The notes beneath the pieces were generated by a model. It did not search any database and was not told the DNA's origin. It saw only the letters and a list, made by a program, of their open reading frames with translations. A DNA stretch of 64,000 bases from the human T2T-CHM13v2.0 reference genome, Homo sapiens: NCBI GenBank assembly GCA_009914755.4, contig CP068257.2, positions 27,456,001 to 27,520,000 of the forward strand. The letters are read 5' to 3'. A program made the position numbers and the translations under genes. Positions 1-15,902 of the stretch are shown piece by piece; position 1 is the stretch's first letter, and the number at the start of each line of letters is the position of its first letter.

Positions 1-303
1 GGAAATCCCCAGCTCCCCTCTGGGTGAGTATTCCGTCCACTTTCTGGAAGTCTCAGGTTCTGAAGGCTTTTTACACACTGCACCATGGGAGCCTAAGGCT
101 GGTTGGGCAGCACCTCATTCTGCAGGGATCTGGGTCAGAGCAGGACAATGGCTCTACGATGTGCTGGGTGTTCTTCTATCTCCTTCAGTCAATGTGCTAG
201 GATTGTGATTTCACTTTCTCACCAGGCAGGGGCTGCAGTTTACAGGAGAAAGACTATTCCTGAGTTTGTTCGACTGTGCTGTTTTTTTACTCCTCTTAAC
301 TGA

Positions 304-644
<341 letters not shown>

Positions 645-875
645 TGACTATCATAAGACTTCTATTTCCAAATAATAGCTCATATAATAACTTGTGTAAA
701 TATCTATAGATAGGCTTCCCTTATTATGGATGCACAATCCATTTTTCATACTGAATAATCTGTTAAGAGTATCTCTACAACTATTATTTCTCAGCTAATA
801 CTGAATTTTTTACCAAGAGCAATAATATTGTTAAAGACTAGAAATAACCCCTCCATAGCTCATTTAATAAGGTAA

Positions 876-1268
<393 letters not shown>

Positions 1269-1530
1269 TAGCAGGCAGTAACCCTGGTCATATCAAGTAA
1301 CTTGTATGAATCTCAATTTCCTTACCACTAAGATGAGAATGATGATAATTACCCTCCTTCTAGGATTACTGTGGGGAGCAAATGACTTATATGTGAAAGT
1401 GCTTTGTAAACTGTAAACTGTTTAAAGGTTAGTTTATGTCACATTGTCATGTATCTGTGAATATCATTTTTGTAAGTTTATATGTTATGCTTTAGGCTTG
1501 GACCAATCTAGGTCATAGTAATTACTCTAG

Positions 1531-1748
1531 GGCAATGGTTCTCAACTGGGGGCAATTTTTCCCCCAGGGGATATTTGGCAATGGCTGGAGATATTTTGGG
1601 GTGTCACAACCAGGGATATGGTACAAGAATCTAGTAGCTAGAGGCCAGAGGCTAGCCTAAACATCCCACAATCCACAGAACAGCTTCCCGCAACAACAAT
1701 TATCTGGCCCCAAATGTCCATAGTGCTGAATTTGAGAAACTCTGCTAG
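1531..1748 (+). mobile_element. Non-autonomous hAT-type DNA transposon (MITE; MER5/MER20-like, family name tentative)
   Basis: Begins GGTTCTCAACTGGGGG...TTTGGCAATGGCTGGAGATATTTTGGGGTGTCACAACC...CTAAACATCCCACAATCCACAGAACAGC...GAGAAACTCTG. I recognise this as an abundant mammalian MITE. Confidence 0.5.
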
Positions 1749-1756
1749 ACAGCAGT

Positions 1757-1957
1757 GGGTTCTCAAATGTTAGCATCTGTCAGAGTCACCCAGGGGAAGT
1801 ATCGAAACACAGATGGCTGGACTCCATCCCAACATTTTCTGATTCAGAAAGTCTAGGGTGGGGCCTAAGTATTTGAATTTTTAGGAAGTTCCCAGGTGAT
1901 GCTAATGTTGCTGGTCCAGACATTGCTCTTTGAGAACCATTTCTGGAGAGAAATCCT
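1757..1957 (-). mobile_element. MER5A-like hAT MITE, antisense
   Basis: The reverse complement reads CAGTGGTTCTCAAAG...CCAGCAACATTAGCATCACCTGGGAACTTCCTAAAAATTCAAATACTTAGGCCCCACCC...CTGAATCAGAAAATG...GAGAACCCACTG. This matches the MER5A-type consensus as I remember it. Confidence 0.55.
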
Positions 1958-2233
1958 TCACTATGCATGGGTCGCTTTGATAGACTACTTTGCTTAGCCT
2001 ACTGAGCAAAGTAGTATCTTATTAAATGGTGCAAAATTTGTATCAACTAGTTGAGAAGTTTGACTCTAGGCCAAAATCCTTTGTGTGATCTGTGTGTGAT
2101 TTGAGATAATGACAAGGCAAGCTCCATGGAAGGAAGAAGCTGCCCTTCCCATACCAGACTCGGTGCACAGCCAGTGCCTTACGGTTTCCTCTAGGGAGTT
2201 GCAGTCAAGGATTCATGCGGGTATCTTTCTTCT

Positions 2234-2572
<339 letters not shown>

Positions 2573-3119
2573 CTCATTCATTTAAAAAAAAAAAAAAGAG
2601 ATTCTGTTCCACCACCCCACCCCCACACCCCTGCACCCACATGTATGCGTGTCTGTATGCCTAGCCCAGGTGTCTCTATTCAGAGGCTGTCTGTTGGGGG
2701 CCTTGGCTGAGGCACTTTCCTCCACTTTGACTCCACGCCTTTCTACTCCTAGCCCTTTCCCGTTTCCCAGCCTGTGGGCTATAAAGAGGCAGGAGCGTTT
2801 TGTGTGGGGCAGGGGCTCATTTTTCTTGCCTGTTCTGCATGTCATCTGATCCTCACCTAGAGCTGTTCCAGGGGGATAAGGGGAATGTGGGGGAGCTGGA
2901 GCCGTCCTCTTTTGCCTCTTGCCCGCACTGTTGTAGAAGAGAATAAAGACCTGATTGTTACTCTCAGTTTGGCTCATTGAATTAATTGACCACCTCAACA
3001 TCTGATTCCTCAAAAGCCAGTATTAAGTATTTTCCTTCACCTGTGGTCTCCCAACTTATGTGCTGTGAATACAAATGTTGTAGCACAAAAACATCTGCTG
3101 TGACCAACTATTCCAGAGC

Positions 3120-3270
3120 AGTGGTTGAGAACTGTACATGGTAATATCTGGGGATCTTGTTAAAATGTTTCTAATTCTGTAGGTTCTGGGATGGGGCTTG
3201 AGATTCTGCATATCTGAAAAGCTCCTGGAGGGATATTGGTTTTACTGGTCCAGGGACCACACTTTGAGTA
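3120..3270 (+). mobile_element. MER5A-like hAT MITE fragment
   Basis: CAGTGGTTGAGAACTGT...CTGGGGATCTTGTTAAAATG...ATTCTGTAGGTTCTGGGATGGGGCTTGAGATTCTGCAT...GGTCCAGGGACCACACTTTGAG. Same family as the copy at 1757-1957. Confidence 0.5.
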
Positions 3271-6200
3271 GCAAGACTAAAGTGTCAAGGAATTAACAAT
3301 TTCATTTAAAGAATTAGAATTAATACACAGAGAAACACAAAACAATTAGGGCAGTGCCACTTGATAGTATCAGCTGTTTAAGAGGAAACATGAGGTGATT
3401 TTGAAACAGTGGTATTTAACTCTGGGCTGCAGCTCAGAAGCTTATTATTGATTTTCTGCATGAAAAAATGTTTTTAGAAGTAGGTGTTTATAGTGAGAAG
3501 TAGGCTGGATTAGGAGTTGAAAGTCACATTTTCAGCCTGGTAATTGGCCTTCTGAGCTGTGGGATCTTAGGAAATTTAGTGTCTACCAGCTTAGTTCTAC
3601 TAGGAAGTAGGGTTGAAAATGTACACTAAGTTTTGAAAATATATTGACAATACACATAGAAAACACCATTCGTTTACTTGTTCATTCAAAATATACCTTA
3701 GGTGCGTACTTTGGGCCAAGCACTATTCTAGGTGCTGGGGAATATATCAGTGAATAAGACAGATGCAGTTCCCTGATCTCACAAAGCTCAGAGTCTAGTG
3801 GTAAAGAGAAACATCAAAGAGGCAATAATAATAATAACTAGGGTGAGGTTGATGATAGGGAAAGCACAAAGTGCACAAAGAGTTTATAGCAGGTGAATGA
3901 CCTACATCTAAAAGTCAGGTAGGACCTCCTTAAGACAATGATGTTTAAGCTGAGATCTGAAGGCAATGGCTCCAGGCAGAGGGATGATATATTTCAAGGC
4001 CCAGGGATGAAAGAGCACAGTGACCAGATTGTGTTCAAGTATGGTTGAGCACAGAGAGTGAAAGGGAGCATGGCTATGAGTTTGGAGAGGCACTATATTC
4101 AACAGGACACATTTGATTACAGGTGCCAGAAGCCAACTCATAGAAGCTTATGTATAAAAGAGAAATTGTTGGTTTACTGAACTGGGAAGTCCGTTGGGTA
4201 GAGCTGGCCTCAGGCAGAGAAATGAAATCATCCGATCTATCTCTTTGCTCTCTTCCTCTCTTCTACTTCCCTCCATGTGCTGCTCTTATTCTTCCCCATT
4301 TCAGGAGCGCTTCCTTCATATGGTTGGGAAATGACAGAGTATGATTACAGGTAGTTCAAGGTTTACAGCAACCCAGTTTAGCAACTGAAAAGAAAAAGGA
4401 GGTCACCTTTCTTTCAGAACGCGTTTAAAATCTCGGCTAAGAACTCTGATAGGAACTTGGAAGAGCACCATTTTTAATCCTAGGCTAACGATTGTGGCTG
4501 GGGGATGAGAGGAGTATTGTGATTGGCTGTCCCACCAAAATCACAAGTAGGGGTAAGGGATACTACCTTAGTGGGAAAGGAGTTGCAGTTATCAGGAAAA
4601 GAGGGACACATAATACTGGGCAGACAGAACCCAAAAATATTCACTCAGAGTATCTAGTAGGAATTTGGAGGGAGTATGCATACTATGGTAAGCATGGTTT
4701 TTCCTAACTGCAGCATAGATGGTAAGTTTAGTTTTGAAGAAACTGAAGTGTCTATAAGCTATAGGGTAGTAGATAGATATTTAGAACTTATTATCCAAAG
4801 AAAAATAAGAAGAGAGGGGAAGAAAAGAGAAAAACGCTCTTATAAATAAAAAATATTACTATTGTTCATAAAACATAGGAGGTAGAACAAAATTAAAATT
4901 TATTTTAAATTTTATTATTGCCACTGCAATTCCCCTTACGTCAACCTTGATATACCTTTTAAATATTTAAGGTGTAATGATTACTTCAGTTCTTAGGCCA
5001 ATAGATAGTCAGATTTGCTACATAGTCTCCCTTACAAGTTTTTTTTTTATTAGTCATTTCTTCTGTAGACATTATGGTCAAATAACACGATATGTAGTTA
5101 TCATAGCAATTGATTTCACATAAATTAAGCCAAGGAGCAACATAATGAAAACATGCAAAGATATAATTTATATGATGTTTTTAATTGGTCAGAAATGGCT
5201 TACTGACTAATGTTATAATATTGGGATTAATAGAAGTAGAAAGAATGTTGATTTCTACCCCCCGCACCCAGATTTTAGCTCAATTAACATAAACTGGTTG
5301 AACAGTTAAGGTTGGACAACATCATAAAAAATGTGTGTGGGGACAAACTGTACATTCTATAAACTGTTGTGTCTGTATAATTTGAAGGAATTATAGGGAA
5401 AAAATCTAGGTTGTATATTACCTAGATTTGCGCTAATATGATAGCTATATAACTTTGAATTAATTATAATTAAATAAAATAAAAAATTTAGTTTCTTGGT
5501 CATGCTAGCCATACTTCAAGTGCCAAGAGGCACATGAGGCTCATGTCTACCATACTGGACAATAACCATCTAGGACATTTCCATTATCACAAAAAGTTCT
5601 GTTGGAGAGCACCAGTCTACACAGCACCAGCAAGTCAGTTCCCTTTCTTTGGAATGAAATAAGCTAAATAAAATTTTTAAGAGGGATTTTTCTCTCCGTG
5701 TGCTCCACAGTAAGCACTGTCAACTCTATGTTTAAGATGCATCCCAAATCTACCCACTTCTCTTTTTTTCTACTGTTACTCTCTGAGCCTGAGCCATTTT
5801 TATCTCCCATCTGGACAACTTCAATAGTCTCCTGACTCACCCCTCTATTTCCATTCTTTCAATTTATATATGGTCTCCATGGAGCAGCTGGAATGATTTT
5901 TAAAAAACACGTACTGGTTTTAAATTTCTTGAGAAAAAAAGGAATGTGAAAGAAGGACACAATATTTTCTGAATTTCCATTACTTGTGCCACTGTGCACC
6001 GTTCTTTCAAAGAAGCGATCTTCTTTAATCTTTACAATAATAAAGGAAAAGGGAGGTATTATAATTCCTTTTTGCAAAGGCGGAAATTAGGACTCAGAGA
6101 GGGCAAATAACTAGCTTGTGTTCACCTAGCTAGTAAGTGGCAAACCCTTTGAAGAAATGAATGGATGATTTAAACAGCCAAGTCCTAAGCTTTCTACTAG

Positions 6201-6525
6201 ACTACCTCGCCAAACATTATTAAGCACTGAAGGAGATTTGTTACTGGGCTTCTTCCTTTTGAGGAAGAGAGAAATTCTTTGTATCTTTCTCTACCTTATC
6301 TGCTCATTTATCTGGACTTTGCCTCCTCAGTTATGAGTATAGCAGTCCCCTCAGGGTGAAGTTGAAGGTCTCTATTCTTTTAATTCTCAAAGATGCCAAA
6401 GTGGCAGGTACAGTTTTGACCCCATATGGAAAGGGTCTCCTCCCAACCAAGTTGGGCTTGCTCTTCCACGGTTTAGGGCAGTGGTTCACTCATTTTTAGG
6501 TCTGAGGCACAGTTTAAAATACTAG

Positions 6526-6844
6526 CTTTCTTTTCTTTTCTTTTCTTTTTGAGACAGGGCCTGCTCTTTCCCCCAGGCTGGAGTTCAGTGGTGTAATCAT
6601 GGCTCACGGCAGCTTTGACTTTCTGGGCTCAAGCAATCCTCCCACCCCAGCTTCCCAAGTAGCTGGGACTACATGTGTACACCACTGTACCCAGCTAATT
6701 GATTTTTTTTTTTTTTTTTTTTTTTGTAGAGACGGGATCTTGCCATGTTGCCCAAGCTGATCTTGAACTTCCGGGTTCAAGCCATTTTCCTGCCTTGGTC
6801 TCCCAAAGTGCTGAGATTACAGGCATGAGCCACTGCGCCCAGCT
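6526..6844 (-). mobile_element. Alu SINE (AluJ/S-like), antisense, with 11-bp TSD
   Basis: Reverse-complement Alu with an internal 30-nt T run at 6696-6725. It ends CACTGCGCCCAGC. TAAAATACTAG is found at both 6515-6525 and 6845-6855. Confidence 0.9.
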
Positions 6845-7241
6845 AAAATACTAGTTTTTGAAGGCATTTAAAGGAGTTGAAAGATTCAAAACAGCTCACA
6901 CACAAAAAGCCAGTATAATAACAACAAATTATAATAAAATAAAACATCTCAATATATATAAGTACAGCCATGGTTATCATGGTTGTTATTACGCCCTTCC
7001 CCTGCTTTGTTCCACATGTTCCATCTGCCTAGCCTCACTGTATTTAAGAGTCTGTGTACTGAGTTGTAGCAAAAGTATGTTGTATTCCTTTTATTATCTT
7101 TATTGCAGCTGGAAGGATCTCTGTGAAGATATTGCAACATAACAGTTGGTCAGAGCAGGTTAGAAACCTCTTCTTCCTTTCCTCTTAAGAAACAGATCTC
7201 TATCTTCCTGTGACAGACTAATTTAAAAAAAACAAAAAAGG

Positions 7242-7545
<304 letters not shown>

Positions 7546-7825
7546 GGAAATGGATCTCCTCCTCCCACCTTTGTCCTCTGAGCGGCAGCCCGAATGAATA
7601 GGAAGCTGTCAGCATCAGCCACGTATGCCCTGGAGAGTCACAAGCCTCACTGGTTTTCGGCATGGCTGCCTTTCTTCATCTCAATTGAGTAATCTTCAAA
7701 CCCTTGTTTCCCCACTCCACATTTCTTAGTATAAATATCATTTCAGTTCGCTTCTTGGGCTACGGATAAAGCAGAGGAGGGGTATGAAATTTTAGAAAAA
7801 TAGAGATGAATACTTTGTTTCAGTC

Positions 7826-8453
<628 letters not shown>

Positions 8454-8507
8454 TCTTTTTTTTTTTTTTTAATTAGTCTGTCACAGGAAGATGGAGGTCT
8501 GTGGATC

Positions 8508-8542
8508 TGGGATTACAGGCATGAGCTACCGCGCGTGGCCGC
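8508..8542 (-). mobile_element. Alu 5'-end fragment (~35 bp), antisense
   Basis: TGGGATTACAGGCATGAGCTACCGCGCGTGGCCGC. Confidence 0.7.
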
Positions 8543-8848
8543 AAACATTTTTTATCTTACGATTTCTGTGGGTCAGCAATCTGGGTGTGGCTTCGCTGGA
8601 TACCTCAGGCTCAGCATCTACTACAAAGCTGCATGATAGGTCATGCAAAATGCCATTTACATGGGTGTGAAAAGCAGGAAGTGGAATCATTGGAGACCAT
8701 TTTCCAGGCTGTCTAGCACAGAGTATCTGCTTCATAATGATTGATTTGGGATTAGATACTGGGTCAAGTAATAATGTCACCCACACAGATTATTGGATCA
8801 ATGTTCACCTGAAGGCTTTGTTCTCAGCCTGGTCTTGTTTAACATGTT

Positions 8849-9147
8849 TGTTTTGTTTTGTTTTTTTGAGACGGAGTCTCGCTCTGTCACCCAGGCTGGT
8901 GTGCAGTGGCGCCATCTCTGCTCACTGCAAGCTCCACCTCCCGGATTCAGCCATTCTCCTGCCTCGGCCTCCTGAGTAGTTGGGACTACAGGCGCCCGCC
9001 ACCATGCCCAGCTAATTTTTTGTATTTTTAGTAGAGACGTGGTTTCACTGTGTTAGCCAGGATGGTCTCGATCTCCTGACCTCATGATCCACCTGCCTTG
9101 GCCTCCCGAAGTGCTGGGATTACAGGCTTCAGGCACCGTGCCCGGCC
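8849..9147 (-). mobile_element. Alu SINE, antisense, TSD TTTAACAT(G/T)TT
   Basis: GTTTTGTTTTGTTTTTTTGAGACGGAGTCTCGCTCTGTCACCCAGGCTGG...GGGATTACAGGCTTCAGGCACCGTGCCCGGCC. It is flanked by ...TTTAACATGTTTG and ACATTTAACATTTTT. Confidence 0.9.
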
Positions 9148-9898
9148 ACATTTAACATTTTTATCAGTGACTTAGATGATGATATAAAACAATAGTATCT
9201 AATTTTTCTTGATTATGTGTCAGTAAAAACTTGTAAGTGTTCACTTCAAATATATATATTTATTTATAAGTTAACACATGTGCCAGTGTTAATCTATTAA
9301 CTAATAGTGACTTACTTTCATTCATTCTTTAGATTTAAAAAGTTACAAATAGAAGTTCCATTATTTTTTCACCTGAATCCCAAAGGATTCTTATGTACTC
9401 TCTGGGTGTGCAAAACCCACCAACAGAGAAAGTGACTGAGAGATGGAGAATGTGGTGGATGTCACAGTCAGGATCTAAAGAAAGTACCAAGATTGGGGCT
9501 AAATCATGTAAACAATCAACATCCCAGGGGCACTGCTGGCACATGAATCACATTGTGGGGATCCTTGCAGAGGTGCCCTCTTTGAGCAGAAGAAAGACAA
9601 AGATTATCTCCTTCTTTAGGGAACAGAGTGTGGCGAACTGAGTCCAGGTTGGATTTCAGTCACTTCTCATCTGTGCCTCTTCTTGTGCAGTGCACAAAAG
9701 GTACAACAATCCATGGAGACCTGTGGCTTTCCATTAACAAAGAGGCCGTTCTTGGAATTTCAAGTCAGTTGACTTAACTGAGGCTCAAGAAACAGAAAAA
9801 TTAAGTATATGGTGGAAACAAGCCTCAGAAATAAGGCTAAATCTCAGCTTTTTAAGACATAGATCACACATTTGGCCAAGATATCAAGACTGACTTGA

Positions 9899-10063
<165 letters not shown>

Positions 10064-10555
10064 TGATTCTATGACCTTCTTGTTTTCATCTTTTTAGCCC
10101 CAAAAGGGGGGAGACTAGGTTCCCTTTTTAAAAGTGTGGACTGGATAAATGACTCAATTCTAAAGAATAAAATATGACGGAATATGTATAATTAGGTCAT
10201 AGAATGCCTCATGGCTTCTTTCTTATTCTCTCTTGGATTATGGACTCTGGGGGAAGCTGCCATGTGGTGAGGGCACTCAAGCAACCCTATAGAGGGGTCC
10301 ATGTAATGAGGAACTCAGGTCTCCTGCTAACAGCCATGTAAATGAGTCATCTTGGAAGCAGATCCTCCAGCCTTGGTCAAGCCATCACAGGACTGCTGCC
10401 CCCACCAGCTAACAGATCGATTGCAACTGCGGGACAGACTCTCAGCCAGAACCACCTAGCTAAGCTGCTCCCAGATTCTTGACCCATAGAAACTGTGAGA
10501 GGTAATGGGTATTTGTTATTTTAAGCTAGGGGTTGGCAAAGTACTGCTCCAAGGC

Positions 10556-10742
10556 CAAATCCAGTCTGCAGCCTGTCTTTGTAAATAATGTTTTATTGGG
10601 ACAAAGCCATGTCTGTTGGTTTATATAGTGTCTATGGCTACTTTCCCATTACAACAGCACAGTTGAGTAATTGTGATAGCAACTATGTGACCCACAAAGC
10701 TGAAGATGTTTACCATTTGGCCGTATGTTACAGAAGGAAGGT
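10556..10742. mobile_element. Ancient MITE-like interspersed repeat (family unnamed), copy 1 of 3
   Basis: CAGTCTGCAGCCTGTCTTTGTAAATAATGTTTTATTGGGACAAAGCCATG...GTCTATGGCTACTTTCCCATTACAACAGCACAGTTGAGTAATTGTGATAGC... It is homologous to 35385-35600 and 36826-37030. Confidence 0.45.
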
Positions 10743-10745
10743 TCA

Positions 10746-10883
<138 letters not shown>

Positions 10884-10884
10884 A

Positions 10885-11368
<484 letters not shown>

Positions 11369-13596
11369 TTGGCAATTCCTGTTTTAAGCTTTTGGAGTAA
11401 TTTTTTTTTTCTTGCACAGCAGTAGATACCTAATATGGAGGAAACTGACAATGCTTTAATTTGTGTTGAGAGCACCCAGCAACACAAACTCTTGCCATGA
11501 TGTTGTTTACTTTTTTCCCCTTCTTGATACATATTTGTTTTGTTGTAGTTTGTGTGTTTTTTGTTTGTTTGGTTTTTTGCAAATCAGTATCAGGCCTTGT
11601 GTCCCATGAGGCTCTGCTGCTCAAAGGGTGGTCCTTGGTCCCAGCAGCATCAGCACCAGCACAGACAACCCTTTAAAAACAACAGACATTTTTTTTTTCT
11701 CGGGGTTTTTTCTGTTCTCATTTCAAAACTATTCTTCATTTCTCCTCTTGGCAAGAGCTGTGGTTTACATGTAAACTATTGCTGTCTCTGCAGAAGAAAA
11801 TCACTTTCCCTACCTTTAAATGAGTTGACTTCTCATTCCATTGTTCGTGGCCTGTGTTGGTGATGCCTGTAGTAGTTGTTTCATTTCCAGTTGCATGGTG
11901 GACAGAACAATAAGCAAATCCCCCACGTGGAGGCAAGCTTTGCTGTTTTCAATTCTGTGCTAACCAGCCTTACGCACATGCTGTGAATTTGAGAACCTCC
12001 TTTGCCGAAGCCGGGAAAGCTTGTCTGGATTAGAAAAGTCCTCCATAGAAACCTGACACTGTCCTGAGCTGGAGTATTTGGAATCACACACAGGAAAGGC
12101 TGGGTATTTGCTGACCTGCCTGAATGGCAGAATGTGTGTGCGGTTGTCTCCAATTACAGCACTCCAGGAAGCATCACCCCAAAAGTGCGCTTGCTATGAA
12201 CCACAGCGTGTCCTTCGGCTAATCCTCGTTAGCTGAGGTGGATTCTCTTTCTACATGTACCCTCTTTTCGAAGTGGTATCCTTCCTGCAGTCTTTTCATG
12301 CCTTGGCCTAAGACTCTGGACACAGGCCTAGCTTTGCCCCCACCAGATCCATTCGATAGTTTTTCATGAATCACCAGCTCTCCTGGAGAAACTCAGGGTT
12401 CTAATTATTGAAGAACCATGCATAGGGAACTGGAGATAAGCCACGGGTAAGACTTTCCCACATGTTTCCTAAAAAGGGAAGAAGGTCTCATTGGAAGCCC
12501 CCTAACATTCAAATGGCAGGAGCTGTCTGATTTCCACCCAAGAATCCAGCTCTGAGTTAGTGGTGGGATCTAATCACCAATCATTCTCTGGGCAATTCCT
12601 CATTTTTTGCTTTCCGTCTACAATGACCCCATCACTGGAAGTGGAGCTTGCCCTGGGGAATGCTATATTGAAAAAGGCCTTGCTCTCTGATCTTTCTCAG
12701 TCCTCCTACAGGTGATCGTTCATTCTCTTCCTCCGCCTTCCCATGCCATGCTGATGATTAACATTCAACAGATCTGATTCTGCCCTGCCTTCTTCCTGTT
12801 GCTCATTCCACTGAGCCTCTCGAGCTCTGAGCTGAAAACCAAGATGATAAGGATGAGGTCTTTGGCCTCAGGGAGGAGCTTCCTGCTTAGTTATCCAGTT
12901 ATACCTATAAAGGAATAATCCTAGTACTGTGTGATTAATGATCTAAAGGACATTCAAGAGCTATGGGATCCTTGAGGAAGGAGTGTGTAATTATTTATCT
13001 GGAGAAGTGGGATGGGGCAAGAGATTCCAGGCAGTGGGAAAAAACATACCAGATAGAGGCACAGGGCCATGAAACCACATGGGGAAGAGCTTATAAGCAG
13101 TTCCTTCAGAGAAACAGTCTTTTCATAAATCTCGTCTTAGAAGCTCTGTGTGGAAGGGGCCAGTGGGGGAGGAGGGGCAGTGACATTCAAGAGCGTTTTA
13201 AATCACCTCCCCACATTGTATGGGACTAAGGTGAGTCCTGTCTGGAGTTGATGCTTGGATAGAAAAAATGCATATGATCCTGTACTCTGACTGTTGGAAG
13301 AGGGCTACATAGAGGGAGACAGAAAAAAATTCTACTCCTTATGAATTCTTTTTCTTAAAATGTTGCTGAAGGTAGCTCTACAAAATTAATCCCTGGCCAG
13401 GTCTTGCATGGTTCCTGGCCTTTTCTTCACAAAATTGAGACCCCATGAACCTCCCTGTCTTCTCATCTATAGGCTCACACTAATCCCTAGGCTCTAAGAT
13501 CAAGCCAGACTGGGGTATAAGTAACCTATATGGAATTTCCACACAAATCAGGAAAAGGCATCTTCTTCTGTGTGGTCCAGGGCATGTCAAGGATAA

Positions 13597-13867
<271 letters not shown>

Positions 13868-14472
13868 AAAAGGCAGTACTTCCGAAGAAAGAGGCACCTA
13901 CTTCTTTAGGAAGATAGACTCCAATAATGGGGTTATGGCTTGGAGAGCATTGCTGAGCTGGGTTTTATCCCCATCCACTTCTCTCAGTCTGGGGCCCTTG
14001 CACTGATCACAATCTGTACAACCACGTGTGCCAGTTCGGGAACATGACCTCTGGCCAGAAAGTTTTAAGGATCAGACATGAGTTCAGTATTGAAAGGTTT
14101 AGAATTGAGTCACTGCTGCCACTAGTCCCTCTCTAGCCTGATGTCCCAGCTCTGAGCAGTGGGGCTTTGTCTCTGCGTCTCAGACTAGTTTCTGCCTTGT
14201 TATGGTTCTGCACACAGAGCCTCATGTGGCCAAGCTGTTGGAGCAGGCCTCTGCCCTACTCTCCGCCCCTAGCCCCATCCTGAACACTTGTCTATTCTGC
14301 CAGTCCTTGAAGCACAGGATCTTGCTCTTTCTGATAGCTTTGTCCAATTCTGTCCAAGCTGCGGCTTGTTGGGGAAGAAAGAAGGCAGGCCTGTGTAGGG
14401 CTTTAGGGCTGACTGCTAAGAGAAGGAAGATGGCTGGCATTCAAAGTCTGGGGTGTATTAAAGTCTGACTTA

Positions 14473-14776
14473 GGCCAGGCGTGGTGGCTCACGCCTGTAA
14501 TCTCAGCACTTTGGGAGGCCGAGGCGGGTGGATCATGAGGTCAGGAGTTCAAGACCAACCTGGCCAAGATGGTGAATCCCCGTCTCTACTAAAAATACAA
14601 AAATTAGTCGGGCATGGTGGTGGACACCTGTAATCCCAGCTACTCAGGAGGCTGAGGCAGAGAATTGCCTGAACACAGGAGGCGGAGGTTGCAGTGAGCA
14701 GGGATCTCGCCACTGCACTCTAGCCTGGGCAACAGAGCGAGACTCCATCTAAAAAAAGGAAAGAAAGAAAACAAAA
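14473..14776 (+). mobile_element. Alu SINE, sense, with A-rich tail and perfect 12-bp TSD
   Basis: GGCCAGGCGTGGTGGCTCACGCCTGTAATCTCAGC...GAGACTCCATCTAAAAAAAGGAAAGAAAGAAAACAAAAA. AAGTCTGACTTA is present at both 14461-14472 and 14777-14788. Confidence 0.92.
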
Positions 14777-15536
14777 AAGTCTGACTTATAAAGAAAATTG
14801 GTCTAAGATGAAGGATGAACTCTCAGGAACAGAAAGCAACAGTATAGAGACTGCCGGCAGCCCAAACAAGAGTGATTTCCCTTTTGTGATCCTATTTTGT
14901 TTCCGCAGGAAAAGTGGTGTAAGTGAATCATGATAATCCTATTTCTTTCTGCAGTGATTTAGGGTAGGCCTGTGCCCTGGTTCTGGGGAAGTCTAATGAG
15001 AGCCTCTGGGAAAGATTTTCTTCCCTTGCCACCCCCACCTGTCTTTGGAAGTTGTCACGTGGGGATGTGGTATCTTGAGCTGCAGCAGCCATGTTGAGAC
15101 CATGAGCGAATAAAGTTATGAAAAAAATAGGGACACTAAAACAAAGTGTTGACTTTATTGAACTGCTACATTAATCAATCCTGTCTCTGGACTTCTTGTT
15201 ATGTGAGAGGATAAATGTCCATTGGTTAAACTATTTTTGTTGAGTATTCTATTAAAGGTTAGTGAAAATAACTGATATGGAAATTATTGTTTGCTAGGCA
15301 TTGTGCTGCAACTTCATAATATTCATGACAACTCTATGCAGTATGTCTTGCTGTTATCTCTCTTTTTGTATATGAGTAAACTGAAGTTCAGAAATGTATT
15401 TTGCCCAACAACATTGCAAGGAACATACTTATTTACATATATTTTGATAAATGGGATTAGTTATTTTCTTGAGTTAATTTCTTAGGAAGGAAACTACGAG
15501 CTTGAAGAGTATACATATTGTTATTGATTAAATGTC

Positions 15537-15902
15537 TGTGTCCCCCTAGAATTCATATGTTGAAGTTCTTACCCTCATTGTGACTGTATTTTGAGACAGG
15601 GTCTTTAGGACCTAATTAAATAAAGTCGTAAGAGTGGGACCCTGATCAGATAGGCTTAGTGTCCTTATAAGAAGAGATACCAGATAGCCCCCTCTCTCCA
15701 TGCGCACACAAAAAAGAGGTCATGTGAGGACATAGCAAGAAGGTGGTTGTCTGCAAGCTACGAAGAGAGCCCTCATCAGGAATGGAATCAGCTAGCACCT
15801 TGATCTTGGACTTCCTAGCCTAGAACTGTGAGAAATAAATTCCTGTTGTTTAAGCCCTCTAATTTATAGTATTTTCTTATGGCAGCCTAAGCTGACTAAA
15901 AG
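15537..15902 (+). mobile_element. MaLR solo LTR (MLT1-type; subfamily not assigned)
   Basis: TGTGTCCCCCTAGAATTCATATGTTGAAG...GGGTCTTTAGGACCTAATTAAATAAAG...GTCATGTGAGGACATAGCAAGAAGGTGGTTGTCTGCAAGCTACGAAGAGAGCCCTCATCAGGAATGGAATCAGCTAGCACCTTGATCTTGGACTTCCTAGCCTAGAACTGTGAGAAATAAATTCCTGTTGTTTAAGCC...GGCAGCCTAAGCTGACTAAAAG. This matches the MLT1 consensus architecture as I remember it. Confidence 0.65.

Noticed and set aside
4700-4735. CTAACTGCAG|CATAGATG|GTAAGT, an 8-nt 'exon'
   Set aside because: Too short to be meaningful without other support. It is a chance juxtaposition of splice-like motifs.
5040-5490. AT-rich segment ending in TAAATAAAATAAAAAATTT, which looked like an old LINE 3' end
   Set aside because: I could not align it convincingly to any L1/L2 3' consensus from memory. 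It is left unannotated.
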